Source: Pseudomonadota bacterium (lineage in GTDB: Bacteria; UBA10199; 2-02-FULL-44-16; JAAZCA01). From it: 12,862 nucleotides of DNA. Shown here piece after piece: positions 8,160-12,862 of the stretch. Below the pieces are notes generated by a model that saw nothing but the letters and a program-made list of their open reading frames with translations, searched no databases and was not told the origin of the DNA. A program made the position numbers and the translations under genes. Positions within the stretch are counted from its first letter, which is position 1; every line of letters starts with the position of its first letter. Location: assembly GCA_043822785.1 (NCBI GenBank), contig JBDRBN010000091.1, forward strand, positions 1 through 12,862. Reading direction: 5' to 3'.

Positions 8160-9050
8160 TTATTCTAGATAACAAACTTCTGGCAAAAGATTTATACCGT
8201 ATTTTTCTGAAACTCGAGTCGCCATTGTATTAGCAAGCTTTCTTACATCCGCCGCGGTCGCATTTTCATCAGCTACGATGATATTTGCATGAGTATGCCA
8301 CAAACGGGCGCCGCCAACCCTTAGTTCTTTACAACCGGCTTCTTCCAGGAGTTTGCCGGCTGAAATCCTCTTACCATCTTGACCCAGAGGATTTTTGAAG
8401 AAACTGCCTGCAGTGTTTGTGCCTTTGGGGTCAGGGTGTTTGCGTTTTCTGTCTGCGAGCCTTTCATCTATTGTGCGTTTAAGCTCTGTTGGATCTTTTT
8501 CATCTGTACGGAATGTGGCTTCAAGCACAACGTGCCCGGCTTCTTTTATGGAACTCCATCTGTAGGCGAACTCTAGCTCATCCCTTTTTACTTTGCGCAC
8601 ATTGCCGGCCCTGTCCATAATAAGCACGCTTGAGATGCTGTCGGCTATTTGAGAGCCGTATGCTCCTGCGTTTCCTGCGATGGCGCCGCCGACAGTTCCT
8701 GGTATTCCATAAAGGTTTTCAAGTCCGCCTTTGCCTTTTTCTGCCATAAAATCGATGAGTTTTTTAAGAGTATAGCCACCAGAAACTGTTATTGTGCCAT
8801 TTTCGTCATCATGAGGTGGAATCTCATCCTTAAAAACGATAATAGCGCCATCATACCCTTGGTCTGATGCAAGGATATTGGAGCCATGGCCGATCACCTG
8901 CCACAGAAGCCCCATGCCTTTGGCCTTCCACGTGGATTCAATAACACTAGCTGCAGAGTTTGCCTCAAAAACAGCAGTGGCAGGCCCGCCTATTTTAAAG
9001 GTTGTATGAGCAGATAGGGGAACGCTGTATTTGAGATAAGGTATAGACAT
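8160..9050 (-). CDS. murB: UDP-N-acetylenolpyruvoylglucosamine reductase
   Basis: HTTFKIGGPA, IGHGSNIL, GIPGTVGGAIAGNAGAYG, FAYRWS, AGSFFKNP, HANII and terminal LLPEV motifs. Confidence 0.95.
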   Translation of the reverse strand: MSIPYLKYSVPLSAHTTFKIGGPATAVFEANSAASVIESTWKAKGMGLLWQVIGHGSNILASDQGYDGAIIVFKDEIPPHDDENGTITVSGGYTLKKLIDFMAEKGKGGLENLYGIPGTVGGAIAGNAGAYGSQIADSISSVLIMDRAGNVRKVKRDELEFAYRWSSIKEAGHVVLEATFRTDEKDPTELKRTIDERLADRKRKHPDPKGTNTAGSFFKNPLGQDGKRISAGKLLEEAGCKELRVGGARLWHTHANIIVADENATAADVRKLANTMATRVSEKYGINLLPEVCYLE

Positions 9051-9154
9051 TGCTCCCTAATAGAAGGTTGTCTGTTGATTTTCAATCTAAAAATAGCAAG
9101 AATGTATAAAATAGCTTGATCTCACAACTGTTATACAAGAAGGAAAAATACATT

Positions 9155-10006
9155 ATGAAACGCATCGTATTTACTGTTCCATTGCTTATCCTTTTGTTTG
9201 CAACTGGTTGCGCAAAGGATCTTGTCACCGGCAAAACCACGCTTAACTATTACGATATCAAACAAGAGCCAAAACTTGGCAACCAAGTATTGCTTCAGCA
9301 GGCCGATGCAGTAAAGAAAAAGGGCAAGAAAATGGATGCAGCTGCTGATGCTGTGGAATACGAGAGGCTTAAGAGAATAGTCGAGCGCATAAAACCACAT
9401 ACTCATTATCCCAGTTTTCCATATGAAGTACATCTGGCTGACATTGATGTCGTTAACGCATGGTGCGCGCCAGGCGGAAAGATGATGGTGTACACAGGTC
9501 TTTGGAAGCCAAAGGAGGGTCTTGTAGAGAAGGGCAACGACGATGAGCTGGCTGCTGTTATGGCCCACGAGATTGCGCACGCCAATGCAAGGCATGTCAC
9601 CGAGGCCATAAGCCGCACCATGACTATTGCCATAGCAGGCACTGCTGTTCAGACTGCCATTGCAGCAGGGGGCTCTTCGCACGGCGCCAACCTCTTTGGC
9701 GAGATATTTGCTGATGGTATGAATATCTATTTACCAAGCTATTCTAGAAAGAACGAGTACGAGGCTGATAGGCTTGGGCTTATGTACATGGCAAAGGCAA
9801 GTTTTGACCCAAGGGCTGCAGTGCGTTTGTGGAAGAAAGCTGCCAAGGAGAAAAAGGACCGCACCAGTATTTTTGCATCGCACCCGTCCAGCGGCGCCAG
9901 GGCAAGGGAGCTAGAAAAGCTACTTCCTGAGGCTATGGCTCTATATGAGCAGTCTAAGTTAGAGCAGAAAAAGTCAGGATTCTCTAGAAAGTCTAAATCT
10001 CAATAG
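9155..10006 (+). CDS. M48-family zinc metalloprotease lipoprotein
   Basis: Signal peptide with lipobox-like FATGC; NAWCAPGG, ELAAVMAHEIAH (HExxH), YSRKNEYEAD and FASHP motifs. Start at ATG 9155. Confidence 0.9.
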   Translation: MKRIVFTVPLLILLFATGCAKDLVTGKTTLNYYDIKQEPKLGNQVLLQQADAVKKKGKKMDAAADAVEYERLKRIVERIKPHTHYPSFPYEVHLADIDVVNAWCAPGGKMMVYTGLWKPKEGLVEKGNDDELAAVMAHEIAHANARHVTEAISRTMTIAIAGTAVQTAIAAGGSSHGANLFGEIFADGMNIYLPSYSRKNEYEADRLGLMYMAKASFDPRAAVRLWKKAAKEKKDRTSIFASHPSSGARARELEKLLPEAMALYEQSKLEQKKSGFSRKSKSQ

Positions 10007-10206
10007 CAGGGTCTTGAGCGATTCAAGTGCGCCGGGCTTTGCAATTTCGCAAGGCGTGCTTCCTCTTTGACCAAAATCGAAATATGAGCGTGCTCCGCGT
10101 GCGTAGTAGGGGGAGATTTGAGTCTCACCAAAGCGAGAGTAGTTTTCTGGTGGCATGTAGCGACATGAACGAATTTTTGAGCTAAACCCCATTTATACTC
10201 CATTTG

Positions 10207-10371
10207 CTATGCGGTGTTCATGCGCAGCCTTAAAAGGAGCTGGCGCATGGTTTCGCACGTTTTTGGATTGCGCGTCTCAAGGCAGTGCTGGATAAGCGAC
10301 GCCATCCAGGGACTCTTTTTCTTAAGCAAAATCAAGTGGTTAGTAAGCGTCCTGCTGTTGGAGAGTTTCAT
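10207..10371 (-). CDS. Small basic protein, 54 aa, not in the ORF track
   Basis: MKLSNSRTLTNHLILLKKKSPWMASLIQHCLETRNPKTCETMRQLLLRLRMNTA*. SD AAGGAGG (10383-10377) 5 nt before the ATG and a consensus-like promoter upstream. Confidence 0.65.
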   Translation of the reverse strand: MKLSNSRTLTNHLILLKKKSPWMASLIQHCLETRNPKTCETMRQLLLRLRMNTA

Positions 10372-10382
10372 AAATCCCTCCT

Positions 10383-10465
10383 TTATCGTCTTGTCCGATA
10401 GAGAGTCTAATATATTATAAAATATATGTCAAACATTGATTTGACGATAATATATATGCTATGAT
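10383..10465. promoter_or_regulatory. Divergent sigma70-type promoters in an AT-rich spacer
   Basis: Minus strand: TTGACA (10432-10427), 17 nt, TAGACT (10409-10404). Plus strand: TTGATT (10436-10441), 18 nt, TATGAT (10460-10465) with an extended TG. Inverted repeats GTCAAA/TTTGAC (10428-10445) and TTATCGTC/GACGATAA (10383-10390, 10443-10450). Confidence 0.55.
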
Positions 10466-10538
10466 ATGTGGTGTCTCATTAAAGAAAAAAGATTATATGG
10501 TTCCACTCATAGAAAAGAAGCCAAAGCAGGATAATAGT

Positions 10539-10697
10539 ATGAAGAAGCAGAGCTTTGCCTTCTATTTGTCCAGAGGGCTAGTAGATGAGCTGGCCAGAGT
10601 GGCTAAAGAAACTGGCAGATCAAAAAGCGAGGTATTAGAGATTTTAGCTAAGGCCGGTCTTAAGATACATCAGAGCAGTGAGGAAGAATCAGAATAG
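10539..10697 (+). CDS. Ribbon-helix-helix (CopG/Arc/MetJ-like) DNA-binding protein
   Basis: KQSFAFYL (alternating beta strand), SRGLVDELARVAKE (helix A), TGRSKSEVLEILAKAGL (G-x-S turn plus helix B). Start at ATG 10539 (after AGGA) or 10497. Confidence 0.8.
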   Translation: MKKQSFAFYLSRGLVDELARVAKETGRSKSEVLEILAKAGLKIHQSSEEESE

Positions 10698-10726
10698 TTT
10701 TGTTTGGTGTTTGGAATTTCTTATAG

Positions 10727-11722
10727 TTACGCTTTTGCAGCATCAGGATTCTTCTCTATAAACTTAACAAACTTCTCTACAAGCTTTGGGTCCCAAAAAC
10801 CGTGTGCTGTTTCATCTTTAAGCGTCTGCAATGTCTTTTTAAAAGTGAATGCGGGTTTGTAGGGTCGCTCTGTCGTCATCGCGTCAAAGGCATCTATGAT
10901 CTGAAATACCCTTGCCAGATATGGGATCGACTCGCCCATGAGCCCATCCGGATAGCCGGTGCCATTGTACTTTTCGTGGTGATGCCTGATGATGGGACAC
11001 ACATCCTGAAGCGATCTTAGCGGATGGCAGATCTCTTCGCCAAATATTGGATGCTGGCGCATAATCTCCCATTCTTCCTCGTTCAACTTAGCAGGCTTAA
11101 GCAGGATAGAATCGGGTATGCCGATCTTTCCTACATCGTGCAGGATGCTGGCGCGTTCGAGCGTGCGTATGTCTTTTTCGTCAAGATCAAGCTCTGTGCC
11201 AAAGGAGCGGCTCAGCCTTATGAGTCTGTCGCAGTGGTTTCCTGTGGTGTGATCCTTTGCCTCAACTGCGCGCGCAAGCGAAAGCACAACTGCTTCAGCA
11301 TGATCCAGATCATCGTTCAGCCTTTTCACTTGGCCCAAGGCGTGCACGCGCGCGAGCAGCTCTAGGCGATCTATTGGCTTACTTATGAAGTCGTCGCAGC
11401 CAGCCTGGATGCCTTTTATGCGGTCTTCCTTATCCTGTAATGCTGTAACAATTATGATCGGAACAAGCCGCGTTGTTTCGCTGGACTTTAACTTCTTGCA
11501 TACCTCAAAGCCGCTCATGCCAGGCATCATCACATCGAGCAATATAACATCTGGAACTTCTTTCCAGACCATATCTATGGCTTCTTGGCCTGATGTGGCT
11601 TTCTTGACCGTGCAGCTGTGCGGTGTGAGCATTTTCTCGATCACCAGCAGATTTGTTGCGTCATCATCAACAGCGAGCACAGTGAGGGGCTTCTCAAGTT
11701 TTGGTAGATTTAGATCGTTCAT
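10727..11722 (-). CDS. Response regulator with HD-GYP phosphodiesterase domain (RpfG-like)
   Basis: REC domain (VDDD, LLDVMMP, FISKP) followed by LHDVGKIGIPD, HHEKYNGTGYP and IIDAFDAMTTERPYK. Confidence 0.93.
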   Translation of the reverse strand: MNDLNLPKLEKPLTVLAVDDDATNLLVIEKMLTPHSCTVKKATSGQEAIDMVWKEVPDVILLDVMMPGMSGFEVCKKLKSSETTRLVPIIIVTALQDKEDRIKGIQAGCDDFISKPIDRLELLARVHALGQVKRLNDDLDHAEAVVLSLARAVEAKDHTTGNHCDRLIRLSRSFGTELDLDEKDIRTLERASILHDVGKIGIPDSILLKPAKLNEEEWEIMRQHPIFGEEICHPLRSLQDVCPIIRHHHEKYNGTGYPDGLMGESIPYLARVFQIIDAFDAMTTERPYKPAFTFKKTLQTLKDETAHGFWDPKLVEKFVKFIEKNPDAAKA

Positions 11723-11772
11723 AATCGTTACTTTTAAAGGAGAAATGACCTTGCGTCAATGACTCAAAAGCA

Positions 11773-11826
11773 GCGAGACACGCGAGAAAGGCGAGACATG
11801 CGAGACTGGCAAAACAGGCGAGAAAG
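11773..11826 (+). repeat. Degenerate 9-bp tandem repeat, 6 units
   Basis: GCGAGACAC GCGAGAAAG GCGAGACAT GCGAGACTG GCAAAACAG GCGAGAAAG. Confidence 0.85.
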
Positions 11827-11874
11827 GTGATTAAATATATTGAACGGATAAATTGTCCGTTGTAGTGTTTGGCC

Positions 11875-12405
11875 ATGAAGGACAAAACCTACTACGACAT
11901 GCTAGGCCTAACGCCTGCCGCGCCGCCAGAAATAGTATCTGCTGTATATCGTGCGTGGATGAAAGCGCTAAAAGTGCATCCTGATTTGGGAGGCGATGAG
12001 GAATTTGCCAGGCAAATAAACGAGGCGTACGATACTCTTAAAGATCCCCAGCGCAGGGCAGAATATGACACTAAGTTAGTAAACATAGTTCCAGGCAAAT
12101 ATGAAACTGCAAGGCGAGCACCCAGAGTGAAAATTGATGCGCAGATAGCTTATTGCGATTCTTTAAAAAGTCAGTGGGCCATCGCTAAAGTGATGGATGC
12201 AAGCGCGTTGGGGCTTAGGATCCGCGCTGAAGAGCCCTTAGAGGCGGGCCAGCATCTTGCCATAGCATTTTCAGAAAGCTGCGCCATGGCTGCAGAGGCC
12301 GAGGTCAGGTGGGCCAATCATCTTAAGAACAACGATCGTTTCTGTTTTGAAGCAGGAATCGAATTCTACTCGCCGATACCGGATATACTGTTAAGGCTTA
12401 AGTAA
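11875..12405 (+). CDS. J-domain (DnaJ-type) protein fused to a PilZ domain
   Basis: TYYDMLGL...VHPDLGG...INEAYDTLKDPQRRAEYD is a J domain with intact HPD. RRAPR and DASALGLRI match the PilZ RxxxR and D/NxSxxG motifs; VRW...GIEF is a PilZ-type end. Confidence 0.88.
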   Translation: MKDKTYYDMLGLTPAAPPEIVSAVYRAWMKALKVHPDLGGDEEFARQINEAYDTLKDPQRRAEYDTKLVNIVPGKYETARRAPRVKIDAQIAYCDSLKSQWAIAKVMDASALGLRIRAEEPLEAGQHLAIAFSESCAMAAEAEVRWANHLKNNDRFCFEAGIEFYSPIPDILLRLK

Positions 12406-12443
12406 AATCCTTCTTATCCAAATGGCAAGCTCTATCACAGCCT

Positions 12444-12548
12444 GTCCCGATGACCGCACGATTTTTCCAAAGGAAAAATCGTTTGCGGCATCGAGGATCC
12501 TCGATTCGGCCTGTATTTTTCTTGCGAAAAATGACGCCGAATCGGGAC
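12444..12548. repeat. Compound palindromic element (two tandem hairpins within terminal inverted repeats)
   Basis: GTCCCGAT (12444-12451) / ATCGGGAC (12541-12548); ACGATTTTTCC-AAA-GGAAAAATCGT (12458-12482); 16-bp palindrome ATCGAGGATCCTCGAT (12490-12505); CGATTCGGC / GCCGAATCG (12502-12510, 12536-12544). Confidence 0.7.
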
Positions 12549-12682
12549 TGGCGAAATTGGGTCCCCCTACCCAGCGCCACCCGAAGCCGACCAACCAGAA
12601 GTCATTTTTCAGGCAATTCTTTAATTAAGCTAATAGAGTTATCCTTTCTTGCTCGTAATCTAAGTAGGAGGTTTCTTATTCC

Positions 12683-12742
12683 TTGACAGGTATGGCTGAT
12701 TTAAGTACGGGATGTCGCTCGTATTATGAAAATCTTTGAAAA
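12683..12742 (+). promoter_or_regulatory. Putative stable-RNA promoter/leader with a boxA-like motif
   Basis: TTGACA at 12683-12688 (no clean -10 at canonical spacing). ATCTTTGAAAA at 12732-12742 resembles the boxA antitermination element and sits 10 nt before the tRNA-like sequence. Confidence 0.4.
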
Positions 12743-12752
12743 ATGAATATAT

Positions 12753-12862
12753 TGCGGGGTAGAGCAGCCCGCCCCAACGACTCCCTTTGGGAGTCGGGGG
12801 CTTGGTAGCTCGCAAGGCGTCTGAAAGACGCCGCAGCCCCCGGCCGAAGGCCGTGGGGTCAG
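12753..12862 (+). tRNA. 5' part of an initiator-type tRNA-Met gene interrupted by hairpin insertions (anticodon and 3' half not visible)
   Basis: Removing about 33 nt gives TGCGGGGTAGAGCAGCTTGGTAGCTCGCAAGGC: acceptor 5' strand, T8 A9, D-stem GAGC (12762-12765) / GCTC (12808-12811) with the initiator-specific A11-U24 pair, GG in the D-loop, anticodon-stem 5' strand CAAGG and C32. The expected TCATAACCTTG is replaced by further hairpins. Confidence 0.75.

Noticed and set aside
10330..10342. AATCAAGTGGTTA, an exact IHF consensus match (WATCAANNNNTTR)
   Set aside because: A single degenerate match inside the small ORF; could be chance, with no independent support.
10214..10420. 68-aa plus-strand ORF
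   Set aside because: No SD, and it is antisense to the better-supported 54-aa ORF and its promoter.
11773..11826. Possible CRISPR array
   Set aside because: Period is 9 bp with no unique spacers, and there are no cas genes.
11694..11885. 63-aa minus-strand hydrophobic ORF (FLACFASLACLAFLACLA)
   Set aside because: Hydrophobicity is a translation artefact of the 9-bp tandem repeat, and it overlaps both neighbouring genes.
12549..12600. GGGGGACCCA on the minus strand resembling part of the c-di-AMP (ydaO) riboswitch
   Set aside because: The remaining conserved elements (GCTGAATC, GGGGTGAATC, CCCGAATCCGTCAGCTAACC) are absent and no credible downstream gene exists on that strand.
12391..12686. 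Four overlapping short ORFs on both strands
   Set aside because: They arise from the palindromic sequence and have no SD or recognisable motifs.

Overview
Bacterial chromosomal window of moderate GC, with gene content typical of a deltaproteobacterial-type lineage (inference). Left to right: a type IV toxin-antitoxin pair on the minus strand (AbiEi-like antitoxin plus AbiEii-like nucleotidyltransferase running off the left edge) with a perfect operator-like inverted repeat; an EI24/CysZ-like membrane protein; the housekeeping run xerD, site-2 protease, trpS, scpA, scpB, rluB; a convergent orphan with a macro-domain-like C-terminus; murB; an M48 lipoprotein peptidase; a divergent pair made of an uncalled 54-aa ORF and a ribbon-helix-helix protein; and a REC-HD-GYP phosphodiesterase divergent from a J-domain-PilZ fusion. 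The most unusual feature is at the right edge: the 5' half of an initiator-type tRNA-Met gene interrupted twice by short GC-rich hairpins, once in the D-loop (about 33 nt) and once right after C32 of the anticodon loop. Short palindromic elements also occur between genes and inside a CDS (with an 11-bp direct repeat), suggesting a palindrome-insertion process acting on RNA and protein genes. All calls come from reading motifs by eye; no searches were run.
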